DNA from: a virus
Length of the DNA stretch: 64,000 bases
Direction: 5' to 3' (one strand)
IMG/VR virus record: IMGVR_UViG_3300047392_000164
Coordinates: 7,199 to 71,198 of that record
This document shows positions 20,175 to 30,339 of the stretch, in pieces. Position 1 is the stretch's first letter; every line of letters begins with the position of its first letter. The notes below the pieces were generated by a model. The model was not told where the DNA came from. It searched no databases and was given only the letters and a program-made list of their open reading frames with translations. A program made the translations under genes and the position numbers.

Positions 20175-20917
20175 TGACAATGTTAAATCATAGCACTATA
20201 CATGAAGTACGTCAAGAATTTGCACGTTTATACCAAGACCAAAAGTTTGTTACCGATAAGTCGGGTGTAAAGACTATTGAAATTATTGGCGCTAGCTTCT
20301 GGGCTAACTCAGCAACTATCTTTGGTGAACCCAATGCTGATTACATTCAACGTGAACTTGATTGGTATAAGTCTCAATCATTAAATGTGAATGATATTCC
20401 TGGCGGCACGCCTGCAATCTGGAAACAAGTCGCAGATTCTGAAGGCTTCATCAATTCCAATTATGGTTGGTGTGTATACTCACCTGAAAACAATGATCAG
20501 TTTGCTCATGTTGTAACTGAACTTGAAGATCGTCCTGACTCACGTCGTGCAACCATGATCTACACACGTCCTACAATGTGGGGTGATCATAATAAGAATG
20601 GTCGTTCTGACTTCATGTGTACTAACACAGTTCAGTATCTCATTCGTAATGGTCGTATCTATGCAGTAGTTAATATGCGTAGTAATGATGCATGGGCAGG
20701 TTATCGTAATGATTATGCATGGCAGCTGCATGTATTGAATCATGTTCGTGATGAGTTACAATTCCGTGGCAAATATTATGAACGTGGTGAAATCATCTGG
20801 AATGCAGGTTCATTGCACATTTATGAACGTCAATTCTACTTGGTTGATAACTACCTAAAGACACGTGAAATTTCTATCACTAAAGAAAAGTATGATGCTA
20901 AGTACGGGATTGTCTGA
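20171..20917 (+). CDS. 42: dCMP hydroxymethylase gp42
   Basis: Collinear with T4 gp42: SDFMCTNTVQY, MRSND..G.RNDYAWQ with the dCMP-specifying Asp. Confidence 0.95.
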   Translation: MMTMLNHSTIHEVRQEFARLYQDQKFVTDKSGVKTIEIIGASFWANSATIFGEPNADYIQRELDWYKSQSLNVNDIPGGTPAIWKQVADSEGFINSNYGWCVYSPENNDQFAHVVTELEDRPDSRRATMIYTRPTMWGDHNKNGRSDFMCTNTVQYLIRNGRIYAVVNMRSNDAWAGYRNDYAWQLHVLNHVRDELQFRGKYYERGEIIWNAGSLHIYERQFYLVDNYLKTREISITKEKYDAKYGIV

Positions 20918-21353
20918 GTGGGGTAACCGTTATCTTTCTCTTGCTAAAGAAGTCTCTACTTGGAGTAAAGATCCTAGCAAAAAGATTGGTGCTGTTGCGG
21001 TAGGCGAAAAAGGTCAGATCCTTGCACAGGGTTACAATGGCTTTCCTCGTGGAATCCTCGACAGCGCTGATCGTTATAATGATCGTCCTACAAAGTATAA
21101 ATACGTCGTTCACGCTGAAATGAATGTAATCTATAATGCTACATTCAATGGAGTTTCTCTCAATGGTGCACGTTTGTTTGTCTACGGATTGCCTGTTTGT
21201 TCTGAATGTGCAAAAGGAATTATCCAAGTAGGAATTCAAGCAGTGACTGTTTTCAGTGAAGACGAAGTCCCAGAAATCTGGACAGACTCTTGGGATACGA
21301 CTCAAAATATGTTTAAAGAAGCTGGTGTAAGTGCACTTTGGATTAGGAAATAA
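20892..21353 (+). CDS. cd: dCMP deaminase
   Basis: GYNG, HAEMN, CSEC. Confidence 0.9.
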   Translation: MMLSTGLSEWGNRYLSLAKEVSTWSKDPSKKIGAVAVGEKGQILAQGYNGFPRGILDSADRYNDRPTKYKYVVHAEMNVIYNATFNGVSLNGARLFVYGLPVCSECAKGIIQVGIQAVTVFSEDEVPEIWTDSWDTTQNMFKEAGVSALWIRK

Positions 21354-21354
21354 A

Positions 21355-22560
21355 ATGAAAGTAGCTATTATCATGGGACGCGGCATTGAAGGTTGCGGCG
21401 TCACAAAGTTTACAGTAGAACAAACTAAATGGTTGGCAAAGAATGGCCACGAGTTTATTGTGTTCTCCTCTAAGGATAAATCATGGACACGTAAGAATGC
21501 CCACGATGTATCAAATGTCGTTCAATTGAAATTCGCTAAGGCTGAAGAAACTAATAAGATGATTGTTGGCTGCAATGAAGCCGATGTAGTTATCATTAAT
21601 AGTCTTCCTTCGATTGGACATCCTGATGAATGTATTAACCAATTTAAGCGAGCGCTAAATGAAATCACAAAACCAGTCGTCCTCATCCAACACGATCACT
21701 CGTCCCACTCGATTCGTCGCAATGCTGCAATCGATGAGTCCATTAGAAAGGCTAGCATTCTTTTTGGCCATTCTTCTCGCAACGATTTCGCTAAGCACGT
21801 ATCTACGGTAACTGATGGTGGTGGACTTGCAGGATTCTTTGGCGAAGATAACTCAAAGACTATTCTGAATTTCCAACCAGGACTTGACTTTGATTCAGTA
21901 CGTGCTAAGTATTGGAAACCTATTGAAGAACAGAATCCTATTATGAACAAATGGATTGGCCGCACCACTTCGTGGAAAGGCTATGTTCAGATGTTCAAGT
22001 TCCATAACGAATTCCTTCGTCCTAATGACTACATCACTACTTTTGAAGGTATTGAAAAGTCACCTGCATATCTTGGCTTCCGTGAACTATCAGAGTTTAA
22101 TGGAATGATTGACCAAGACATTAATACTGTCACCCTTGAAAAGGACCAACCAGCATATGTCTTCGGACCTTTTATCAACGATCAAATGCTTGGCCGCATG
22201 GCTACTGTTGGATTTGGTTATCAACTTTCCGTTCTTGATGAGCGTTTTATTGAACGATCCATCGAGTATACTCATTGCGAAGTCGTTTGTTCCGGCGTAG
22301 TTCCAGTATTCCGCAAGTCTTATGGTGAACGTTGTACTCATCGTCACTTTGGTAAAAAGCTAATTGACTGTGAGAACACAGGTACTATTTGGCTTGATGA
22401 TAATGACATGCAGCCTGCTTTCGATCTGCTAAATAAGTTAGCCGCTGACCCAGTATTGCGCAATCAATACCGTGAACAGGCATATGAATTTTATAAACTA
22501 CACCAAGACTCTCAGTATACTTTTGCTGAGATGTTTGAACAGATTGAAAATAACTTATGA
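21355..22560 (+). CDS. agt: DNA alpha-glucosyltransferase
   Basis: Collinear with T4 AGT: GIEGCGVTKF, QHDHS, WIGRTT.WKG, RSIEYTH. Confidence 0.93.
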   Translation: MKVAIIMGRGIEGCGVTKFTVEQTKWLAKNGHEFIVFSSKDKSWTRKNAHDVSNVVQLKFAKAEETNKMIVGCNEADVVIINSLPSIGHPDECINQFKRALNEITKPVVLIQHDHSSHSIRRNAAIDESIRKASILFGHSSRNDFAKHVSTVTDGGGLAGFFGEDNSKTILNFQPGLDFDSVRAKYWKPIEEQNPIMNKWIGRTTSWKGYVQMFKFHNEFLRPNDYITTFEGIEKSPAYLGFRELSEFNGMIDQDINTVTLEKDQPAYVFGPFINDQMLGRMATVGFGYQLSVLDERFIERSIEYTHCEVVCSGVVPVFRKSYGERCTHRHFGKKLIDCENTGTIWLDDNDMQPAFDLLNKLAADPVLRNQYREQAYEFYKLHQDSQYTFAEMFEQIENNL

Positions 22561-23747
22561 GCTTAACACATGCTTTTATCGTACCTCTCATCGGTGGTCA
22601 AGTCCTGGGGCAGGAAGCTGCCTTTGGTTCAAAACCTGATTACATCTTATCATACACCCCTTTCTCAGGCAACGACGCACATATCATCAACCGCTTCCCG
22701 AATAAGCCGTACATTCTTTTGGATCAAGGCGGCGTTCATCCTCATTACGTTGACGTCGTTGGTACTACTTGTCCTTGCGCTGGGCTCAGCTCTTTATCCC
22801 CTTCTGCAAATTCCGATGCATCCGTAAATGATTGGATGTACACTACGGCAACGTATGTACTAGAGAAGATGCAACCCAAAGTCTTTTGGGGAGAGAATGC
22901 ACCACGATTTGCTGGTGAAATGGGTCGACCAATCGTAGCAAACCTAATGAAGATTGCTAAGAAGAATGGTTACACTATGTCGATCTATCGTACTAAGTCT
23001 CTCCTTCATGGATTGAGCCAAGTACGTGAGCGATCATTCTACTTCTTTTGGAAAGGCGATAAAGTTCCTGTGTTCAACTACTTTGATCGTCAATATGAAA
23101 CCATTGAAGAGTTGCTAAGGAAAGTTCCAAAGGATGCAAGTCAGAACACTGTGACTAACGAGAAAATCCCATCCAAAGATGATCCATTTTATCGTTACAT
23201 TCTAGAAGAAATGCATGGTGGAATTACTCACCAAGAGTTCTTCAGCAAGATTGAGAAGACAGTTGATACGATGTCTTACATTGAGAACAATGGTATCTCC
23301 TATAAGACTGTCAAGCTTTGGATGGAGAAGAATGGCTACGAAAAGATTGCGTCTAAACTGGATGCTATCCAAGACAAGCTAGATGCAGGTGGAAACATTA
23401 TGCGCCGTTACTCGGTAATTGGTAAGGGTTACACCGGTGCTTTTGTAGGTCATATGCCAATGATGTTGACTCATCCTGATGAAGATCGTTACATCACATA
23501 CCGTGAAGCAATGAGTATCATGAAGTTGCCATACGACTTCGAGTTATTGAGTCCTAAGAAGAACTTGAACCATGTATGTCAGAACGTTCCTGTAACCACA
23601 GCAACAGACATGGCAATGGAAATTAAGGCGACTCTTGAAGGTCGTAGAGATATGATTAGTGCACCTCGTATCTATCAATTTAATGCTTCAAAGACTCAAC
23701 GGATTGAAGATGATGAACCTGCACAAAGTTTAGAATCATTCCTGTAA
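22557..23747 (+). CDS. C5-cytosine methyltransferase-like protein with degenerate SAM-binding motif I
   Basis: PC motif IV, EN motif VI, Q.RER motif VIII, motifs IX/X present; motif I reads VPLIGG. Confidence 0.75.
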   Translation: MSLTHAFIVPLIGGQVLGQEAAFGSKPDYILSYTPFSGNDAHIINRFPNKPYILLDQGGVHPHYVDVVGTTCPCAGLSSLSPSANSDASVNDWMYTTATYVLEKMQPKVFWGENAPRFAGEMGRPIVANLMKIAKKNGYTMSIYRTKSLLHGLSQVRERSFYFFWKGDKVPVFNYFDRQYETIEELLRKVPKDASQNTVTNEKIPSKDDPFYRYILEEMHGGITHQEFFSKIEKTVDTMSYIENNGISYKTVKLWMEKNGYEKIASKLDAIQDKLDAGGNIMRRYSVIGKGYTGAFVGHMPMMLTHPDEDRYITYREAMSIMKLPYDFELLSPKKNLNHVCQNVPVTTATDMAMEIKATLEGRRDMISAPRIYQFNASKTQRIEDDEPAQSLESFL

Positions 23748-23748
23748 T

Positions 23749-23770
23749 AAATGCCCTTCGGGGCATTTTC
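23749..23770 (+). terminator. Intrinsic terminator (cUUCGg loop)
   Basis: AAATGCCC-TTCG-GGGCATTTT. Confidence 0.9.
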
Positions 23771-23775
23771 CATTT

Positions 23776-23783
23776 TATAAATA
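23776..23783 (+). promoter_or_regulatory. T4-type late promoter
   Basis: TATAAATA just after the terminator, heading the late block. Confidence 0.8.
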
Positions 23784-23811
23784 TAGTATAATCTTTGTAA
23801 ATGGAGCAGAA

Positions 23812-24534
23812 ATGAGTGCAGCATCAGATAAGTACGAAAAGGACGTAGCCGACAACGTCGACAAAATCCCAGGTGTCAAGGCCGTTAGACCGCCAGGAGA
23901 TACTGCATACGCTGACGTAAAAATTACATACAAGAATGTTACTTCTTGGATGGAAGTAAAGATGAACCACACCGACAACTTGTCGAATCCACGTGTGTTC
24001 TATAAGAATGGTAAGTGGGATACTACCTACGAAACTCCAGCTGCAAAAGCTGCGATCGACATTCTTAATAATTCTCCAATGGCAAAGAAATTTATTCAGG
24101 ATCTTGCTAAGTTTTCAGGCATTCCTGTTAAGATGATTAAGATTCCTACCACAAAAGGTGGACTTAAAGAAGAAGGTGCTGTTCCTCTTCATGTAATGAA
24201 AGCTTATTTTGATAAGCCTGGTGTAAATCGCTACATTGCAAACAGCGAAAACATGGATCTTGGTAAAGTAGTAACAGATCACTACACCAAAGGTAAAGCC
24301 GAACCAGCATACTATATGCAAGCAGGTGACGACTTCTATCGCATCTCTAATAAAGATCCATTCAAACTTGGTGCAACAATCCCATTGCTATCTGGTCGTG
24401 GTGACTTTAAAGTTCGTGTATCAACACGTTCAGAATTCTATGAAGTACAGGCCGAAGTAAAGATTGCACATATGCCAGACAGTAAATATTCTGTTAAGCC
24501 TGGCACTAAGAAACAAAATCCATTCCTAAAATAA
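23812..24534 (+). CDS. Hypothetical protein, possible PD-(D/E)xK fold
   Basis: YE...ADV...MEVK. Confidence 0.55.
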   Translation: MSAASDKYEKDVADNVDKIPGVKAVRPPGDTAYADVKITYKNVTSWMEVKMNHTDNLSNPRVFYKNGKWDTTYETPAAKAAIDILNNSPMAKKFIQDLAKFSGIPVKMIKIPTTKGGLKEEGAVPLHVMKAYFDKPGVNRYIANSENMDLGKVVTDHYTKGKAEPAYYMQAGDDFYRISNKDPFKLGATIPLLSGRGDFKVRVSTRSEFYEVQAEVKIAHMPDSKYSVKPGTKKQNPFLK

Positions 24535-24535
24535 T

Positions 24536-25765
24536 ATGCTAAAACTAAAAGACTTCTTAACCGAAGAGAAGAATACTCACATGGAGCACGTTGAGGACTT
24601 GATCTTCAACGAAGGTGTTGATGGAGCACGTAAAGCAATCAACTTCTTACGTAATCTTCGTGACATGCTTGCTGGTCATGCTAAGTCTCCTATTACTTCT
24701 ACAGTAAAGTGGGATGGAGCACCTGCTGTTTTCGCAGGTATCGATCCACGCGATGGCAAGTTCTTTGTTGCAAAGAAAGGCGTCTTTAATAAAGAGCCAA
24801 AGGTGTATAAGACTAATGCTGACATCGAAGCAGATACATCAGGTGATCTAGCAGCAAAGCTAAAGGTTGCTCTTAGAGAATTCTCTAAGCTTGGCATTAA
24901 GTCAGGTGTATATCAAGGTGACTTAATGTTCACTGATGATAAAAGAACTGAAACGATTGATGATGAGAAGTACATAACCTTTCATCCAAACACGATTGTT
25001 TATGCTGTGCCATATATGTCTGAACTTGGCAAGAAGATTCGTGCTGCTAAGATTGGTGTTGTTTGGCATACCACATATGAGGGCGATTCATTTGAAAGTA
25101 TGAGAGCATCCTTCGGTAAGTCTATCGTTGATAAGTTCAAACAAGTGCCAAGCATTTGGATGGACGATGCTAACTATAAAGATTATTCCGGGACTGCAAC
25201 CTTTACTGCTGAAGAAACTAAAAAGGTTACAGCTGTGCTATCACGTGCCGGTGCAGTATTTAATACCATCAGCGCGGAAACTCTTAATGGGATTTGCAAA
25301 GATGAAGACCTATTACTCGCAGTTAAAACTTTTAACAACTCAAAGATCCGAAAGATGGAACACATCAAGGACACTAAAGCCCATGTGCGTGAGTTGTTCC
25401 ACTACATCCACGAAAAATACGAAAAAGAAATCGAGAAGAAAAAGACTCCTGCCGGTAAGCAGAAGCAAGAAGATATGCGAAAGAAGATCCTCAGTTTCTT
25501 TGCTCATCATGATCAGAATCAAATTGTAGCAATCTTTGATCTGATGAATGTTCTAGTGGAAGCTAAGATTATGATCATCGAGAAGATGAATCAAGCTGGT
25601 CATATTAATACATTCCTTAAGACTGCAAGTGGTTTTAAGACAACAGGTGTTGAAGGCTTTGTTGCCATTGATCACCTATCAGGCGGAGCAGTTAAGATTG
25701 TAGACAGAATGGAATTCAGTCACTCTAACTTCTCAAAAGATATTTTAAAAGGATGGCAACGATGA
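24536..25765 (+). CDS. Conserved T4-like protein (KWDGAPA motif)
   Basis: HMEHVED, KWDGAPA, QGDLMF, EGFV, KIVDRMEFS. Confidence 0.7.
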   Translation: MLKLKDFLTEEKNTHMEHVEDLIFNEGVDGARKAINFLRNLRDMLAGHAKSPITSTVKWDGAPAVFAGIDPRDGKFFVAKKGVFNKEPKVYKTNADIEADTSGDLAAKLKVALREFSKLGIKSGVYQGDLMFTDDKRTETIDDEKYITFHPNTIVYAVPYMSELGKKIRAAKIGVVWHTTYEGDSFESMRASFGKSIVDKFKQVPSIWMDDANYKDYSGTATFTAEETKKVTAVLSRAGAVFNTISAETLNGICKDEDLLLAVKTFNNSKIRKMEHIKDTKAHVRELFHYIHEKYEKEIEKKKTPAGKQKQEDMRKKILSFFAHHDQNQIVAIFDLMNVLVEAKIMIIEKMNQAGHINTFLKTASGFKTTGVEGFVAIDHLSGGAVKIVDRMEFSHSNFSKDILKGWQR

Positions 25766-26499
25766 TTAATTTCAAACAATACTTAGAAGAAAAGCGTGGA
25801 TTATGGGATAACATCCATGCTAAAAGAAAACGTATTAAGAATGGTTCTGGCGAGAAGATGCGTAAGCCGGGAAGCAAAGGTGCTCCAACTGCAGCAGACT
25901 TTAAAGCAGCAAATGAAGAAGTTGAGATAGACGAGGCCGTTAAACTAGGTTCTAAAGTTAAGATTCATGCTCCAGGTAAAGACTATCACGCTCAGATTGG
26001 TCATATCGGTGAAATTCGTCATGGTGCTCATAAAGATGCACCAAAGACCTACACTGTAGATTATGGTAATAGCAAGTCAGTTCAGCTTGACAAGAAGAAT
26101 TTTAAACTTCATAATGAAGAAGTTGAATCTCAGTTTGACTTGATTGAAGAAGTCATTGAAGAACTTGCATTAGCTGAAGGTATTGATTCAGAATCTATCT
26201 GGGAAACCTTAGAGTCGGTTGACGACACTGAGTTGTTGGAATACGCTATTGATAAAAAAGGACATAAGTCTTCAACAGGTGGATTGACACAAAAAGGTGT
26301 TGATGCATACAATGCTAAGACAGGTGGACACTTGCAAACTGCAGTTACTACTAAACCTTCAAAGCTAAAACCAGGAAGCAAAGCTGCTAATCGTCGTAAG
26401 TCTTTCTGTGCTCGTATGGGTGGAGTTAAAGGACCTATGAAAGATGACAAAGGTCGTCCTACACGTAAAGCACTAGCGCTTAGAAAGTGGAACTGCTAA
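25753..26499 (+). CDS. Probable internal head protein
   Basis: MINFKQYLEE capsid-targeting-like start; RRKSFCARM domain. Confidence 0.6.
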   Translation: MATMINFKQYLEEKRGLWDNIHAKRKRIKNGSGEKMRKPGSKGAPTAADFKAANEEVEIDEAVKLGSKVKIHAPGKDYHAQIGHIGEIRHGAHKDAPKTYTVDYGNSKSVQLDKKNFKLHNEEVESQFDLIEEVIEELALAEGIDSESIWETLESVDDTELLEYAIDKKGHKSSTGGLTQKGVDAYNAKTGGHLQTAVTTKPSKLKPGSKAANRRKSFCARMGGVKGPMKDDKGRPTRKALALRKWNC

Positions 26500-26729
26500 T
26501 GTTAAAATTTCAAGATTACGTAAAAGAATCTTGTAATTGCTGGTTAGGCTACAAGCGTAAGCCTGGCACTAAGCCATGTGCAAAAGGTTCTTGTGTTAAA
26601 GAAGAAAACAACATTGGTTATGAAGGTACTGATAAGCTTACTAAGTATCGTAAGAAGATGACACCTGGAGAAAAGCCTGTAACTCCTTGTATGTTACCTG
26701 AATTCGAAGATTTAGAAAAGAATAAATAA
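26499..26729 (+). CDS. Probable internal head protein
   Basis: MLKFQDYVKE start, CW.GY motif. Confidence 0.55.
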   Translation: MLKFQDYVKESCNCWLGYKRKPGTKPCAKGSCVKEENNIGYEGTDKLTKYRKKMTPGEKPVTPCMLPEFEDLEKNK

Positions 26730-26755
26730 GTAGTATAATTAATTAATGGAAGCAT

Positions 26756-28303
26756 ATGAAACAGTATAGACAACTCATAAAAGAGTTGCCCTCTAAAAAA
26801 GTCGTTTTCGCGTTCGGTCGTTTTCAACCTCCTACAACAGGTCATGAACTGCTAGTGAACGCCGTCAAAAAGATCGCCTCTGCACAGAAGGCCGATCATA
26901 TCATCTTTGCTTCCCGCACTCACGATAAAAAATCCAATCCTCTTCCAGTAGATCGTAAGGTATATTACCTTAAGAGAATGTTTCCGAAGACTAACTTTGC
27001 TGCAGCCAGTGAAGAAGTAAGAACATTTATGGAAGCAGCAAAAATGCTTTCAAAGAAGTATAAGAACCTTGTCATGGTTGCAGGTTCTGATCGTGTTCCA
27101 GAATATAAAAAGCTCCTTGAAAAATACAACGGTGACGTATTCACCTTTGATACTATTGAAGTAGTATCTGCTGGTGAACGTGATCCAGATGCTGACACTG
27201 CATCGGGTATGTCCGGCACTAAGATGAGAGAAGCTGCTAAGAAGGGTGACTTCCCACACTTCAAAAAAGGTTTACCGCATACTCTAACTGACCTCGATGG
27301 CAAGCGTTTGATGAATGAGATTCGTCAAGGCATGGGTATGGATATTGTTAAAGAACAAGTAAAGTTCGAAACAAACGATTTACGTGAAAAGTATTTCGCT
27401 GGTGAGATCTTCCATGTTGGTGAAATTGTAGAATCACAAGGTGTTGTTTATCAGATCGTTAAACGTGGATCTAATCACTTACTCGTTCAGAATGAAGAAG
27501 GCCAAATGATTAGTAAGTTCCCACAAGATCTTGAGATGAGCGATAAAGAATTCAATCTACAGGAATTAGACGAGATGATTATTAAATCCGCAGACAAATT
27601 AAAAGTAGCACGCATCATTGCATCTTCATTAGGAATGGTTGATGTTGATGATAAGACAGGTGCTGAGAACATGGTTAACGTTTCTCTTCGCAAAATTAAG
27701 AGTAAGAACCTCACACCAGAAGCTTGGAAGATTCTAGGCAATATGCTTAAACTTGCAACTGATGCAGGTATCAACTATGATAAATCTATCATTCCCGAAA
27801 CTAAGTTTAAAGTAATGGGTATTGAAGAAGATACTGAAGGACAATTCTCTGATGAAGAGATTGATGCTATCGTTGAAGCATTAACTGAAGACGATGTTCT
27901 AGAAGCATATGATGATGAAGAACTCCACATCATTGATGAAGAAACAGGTGAAGTAATCTGTGAACTACAAGAAGACACACTGCTTGAAGTACTATCAAGA
28001 GCAGAAAGAATTCGCGCTAAAATTCGTTTCTCAAGATCAGAAGCAAAGCGTGAACGTAAGACTAAAATTGCATTGAAGACTCATTCATCATCAAGCACTT
28101 TAAATAAACGTGCTCGTCGTTTGGCTATTAATACAATGAAACTACGTCTTGCTAAGAAACCCTTAGAGAAACTATCTGTTGCAGAAAAAGAAAGAATTGA
28201 AAAGACTCTTTCACAAAGAAAAGCTGTGATTGATCGTATGGCCATGAAGATGGTGCCAAGGGTTAAGAAAATTGAGACTGACCGTCTTTCCCATAAGAAA
28301 TAA
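26756..28303 (+). CDS. Cytidylyltransferase-like (HxGH family) protein
   Basis: FGRFQPPTTGH, GSDR, MSGTKMR. Confidence 0.8.
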   Translation: MKQYRQLIKELPSKKVVFAFGRFQPPTTGHELLVNAVKKIASAQKADHIIFASRTHDKKSNPLPVDRKVYYLKRMFPKTNFAAASEEVRTFMEAAKMLSKKYKNLVMVAGSDRVPEYKKLLEKYNGDVFTFDTIEVVSAGERDPDADTASGMSGTKMREAAKKGDFPHFKKGLPHTLTDLDGKRLMNEIRQGMGMDIVKEQVKFETNDLREKYFAGEIFHVGEIVESQGVVYQIVKRGSNHLLVQNEEGQMISKFPQDLEMSDKEFNLQELDEMIIKSADKLKVARIIASSLGMVDVDDKTGAENMVNVSLRKIKSKNLTPEAWKILGNMLKLATDAGINYDKSIIPETKFKVMGIEEDTEGQFSDEEIDAIVEALTEDDVLEAYDDEELHIIDEETGEVICELQEDTLLEVLSRAERIRAKIRFSRSEAKRERKTKIALKTHSSSSTLNKRARRLAINTMKLRLAKKPLEKLSVAEKERIEKTLSQRKAVIDRMAMKMVPRVKKIETDRLSHKK

Positions 28304-28318
28304 AATAAGGAAAACATC

Positions 28319-28762
28319 ATGGATGAATTAGTACAATCAATGAAGAAGTGCCAAGCGAATACGTTTGTCATGTACTTTAAAACTCACGGCTTTCACTGGA
28401 ACGTAGAAGGAATCAACTTCCCTACATACCATGAATTCTTTGGAGATCTATACGAAGAATTGTATAGCGCAGTAGATCCTATGGCGGAAGAGATTCGTAC
28501 TCTTGGCGCTTATGCTCCAAAGAGTCTTGGAGAACTATATAATAGTTGCACTCTATCCGAGAGTGATTTAGTTGGTGACTCTGTTCGTGAAATGCTAACA
28601 TCTCTATTGATGGATAACAATCAGGTCTTAGCATGTCTTAACGAATCATTTACTCTTGCTACCACACAAGGTAATCAAGGTCTTGCAAACTTCTTAGCTG
28701 ATCGTATTGACAAGCATAAGAAACATGGATGGATGATTAGTTCATCACTTAAGGGAGCATAA
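28319..28762 (+). CDS. dps: Dps/ferritin-like protein
   Basis: HGFHWNVEG..F..YH.FF, D.MAE.IR, H.K..WM. Confidence 0.9.
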   Translation: MDELVQSMKKCQANTFVMYFKTHGFHWNVEGINFPTYHEFFGDLYEELYSAVDPMAEEIRTLGAYAPKSLGELYNSCTLSESDLVGDSVREMLTSLLMDNNQVLACLNESFTLATTQGNQGLANFLADRIDKHKKHGWMISSSLKGA

Positions 28763-28764
28763 AT

Positions 28765-29721
28765 ATGTCAGGAAAAGAAGAAGTTGTAGACACTTCTGAC
28801 TACAAGCTTGATAAAAATGGCAAAAAAATCAAAGCACATCGTATAGTCTTTAATAAAGGTGAAGACGATGGTAAAAAAGGAATATCAGAAATGAAAAAGA
28901 AATACAAAGATTTTGTTGAGCAACACTCAGTTGAAGAAGAACTGAAGGGTGGGCAGAAAAAACTTGACAAGAATAAGAACGGTAAGCTTGATTCGCATGA
29001 CTTCAAACTACTTCGTAAAGAAGAAGCTGAACTAGATGAAGCACTACATCCAGAAGCAGGTAAAGTGCTAAAGCACATTAAGCCTGAACATCATGCTAAG
29101 TACAAAGCGGACTTAGCAAAGGGTATCTATAAAGGCGACTTTGCAGATAGAACAGCGGTATTGAAAGCTGCTGAACGCGCTGGTCACTTAAAGGAAGAAT
29201 TAGAAGAAGGCTGGGATGACATGTTAGCTCATGTCAAGAAGAACGCTGAAAAATCTAAGACTGCTACTGCTACTAAGCATGACGTTAAGAAGACTTCTAC
29301 AGGTACAGTATATACTAAGCAACGTGATGCTGACGGTATGAGCAAAGAATTTAAGCGTGATAATGATCAAACTAAGCGTGGTCGTGGTCGTCCAAAGAAG
29401 AATTCGTTCAGTGAAGCAGCAGAGTTTCTAATGTCTCTTGATGAGGAAGCATTTGATTCATTGATGGAAGAAGGATTTGATGCTTTCGTAGAATACTATG
29501 CGCAACTTGACGAACTAAGTAAAACAACTCTTGGCTCATATGCTAAGAAGGCTTCAGTAGATGCTAAGTTCCATGGATTTGATGCTGGTCATGCACAAGG
29601 TCATGCACAGGCGCATGCTAAACGTCCATCAGATGGTTTAGATGCAGGATCTGCTCAAGATGATAAAGCCCATAAGAGATTAAAGGGCGTTAAAAAAGCG
29701 ATTGATCGCTTAACCAAATAA
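28765..29721 (+). CDS. Probable internal head protein
   Basis: Charged modules separated by L-x-E sites. Confidence 0.6.
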   Translation: MSGKEEVVDTSDYKLDKNGKKIKAHRIVFNKGEDDGKKGISEMKKKYKDFVEQHSVEEELKGGQKKLDKNKNGKLDSHDFKLLRKEEAELDEALHPEAGKVLKHIKPEHHAKYKADLAKGIYKGDFADRTAVLKAAERAGHLKEELEEGWDDMLAHVKKNAEKSKTATATKHDVKKTSTGTVYTKQRDADGMSKEFKRDNDQTKRGRGRPKKNSFSEAAEFLMSLDEEAFDSLMEEGFDAFVEYYAQLDELSKTTLGSYAKKASVDAKFHGFDAGHAQGHAQAHAKRPSDGLDAGSAQDDKAHKRLKGVKKAIDRLTK

Positions 29722-29746
29722 ACAAAAATTTTTAAGGAGTCCAATC

Positions 29747-30313
29747 ATGGCACTATGGGGAAAAACAGACGCAACAGGGAGCAAGCCAAAGTACTTGAAC
29801 TCTACTGATGCAGCAAATGCAGTATTCGTTTCAGCAGAAGAAGCAGTACTAAAGACAAACAAAGATAAAGGTATTCTTGGTGCAGGCTGGTGGCTTGTTA
29901 AAGAATACGCTGATGCTGATGGCAAACCACGCTATAAAACTGAATTGCTAGTGGCAATGTCAGTTGCTAACGCTGCATCTGGTGATGCAGCAGACGATGC
30001 TAAGATTGCTGACGTAGAAGTTACTCTTACTATCGGCACTCAACCTGCTAACCAAACAGCTAGTGCTGGTGGCGCAACATTCTCTGTTACAGCAACTGCA
30101 TCTTCTGGTACAGTTACTTACCAATGGCAGAAGAAAGAATCTGCAGCAGGTTCACGTTGGGCAAACGTTTCTGGAGCAACATCAGCTTCCCTTGCTCTCA
30201 CTGGTCTAACAGCTGGTGCAGATAATGGCGATCAATATCGTGTCGTACTTGGCTCTACCTCTGGCGCAGTCAAGACAACATCTAGCGCAGCAACTCTAAC
30301 AGTAGCTGCTTAA
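29747..30313 (+). CDS. Virion structural protein with Ig-like domain
   Basis: MALWGK start; TQP...YQWQ...GAT...YRVV. Confidence 0.75.
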   Translation: MALWGKTDATGSKPKYLNSTDAANAVFVSAEEAVLKTNKDKGILGAGWWLVKEYADADGKPRYKTELLVAMSVANAASGDAADDAKIADVEVTLTIGTQPANQTASAGGATFSVTATASSGTVTYQWQKKESAAGSRWANVSGATSASLALTGLTAGADNGDQYRVVLGSTSGAVKTTSSAATLTVAA

Positions 30314-30318
30314 TATAA

Positions 30319-30339
30319 GGGGCTTCGGCCCCGTTTGTT
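30319..30339 (+). terminator. Terminator-like hairpin (cUUCGg loop)
   Basis: GGGGC-TTCG-GCCCC followed by GTTTGTT. Confidence 0.7.

Noticed and set aside
20171-20917. Thymidylate synthase or dUMP hydroxymethylase
   Set aside because: It has the gp42-type Asp (RND), and thyX is present separately.
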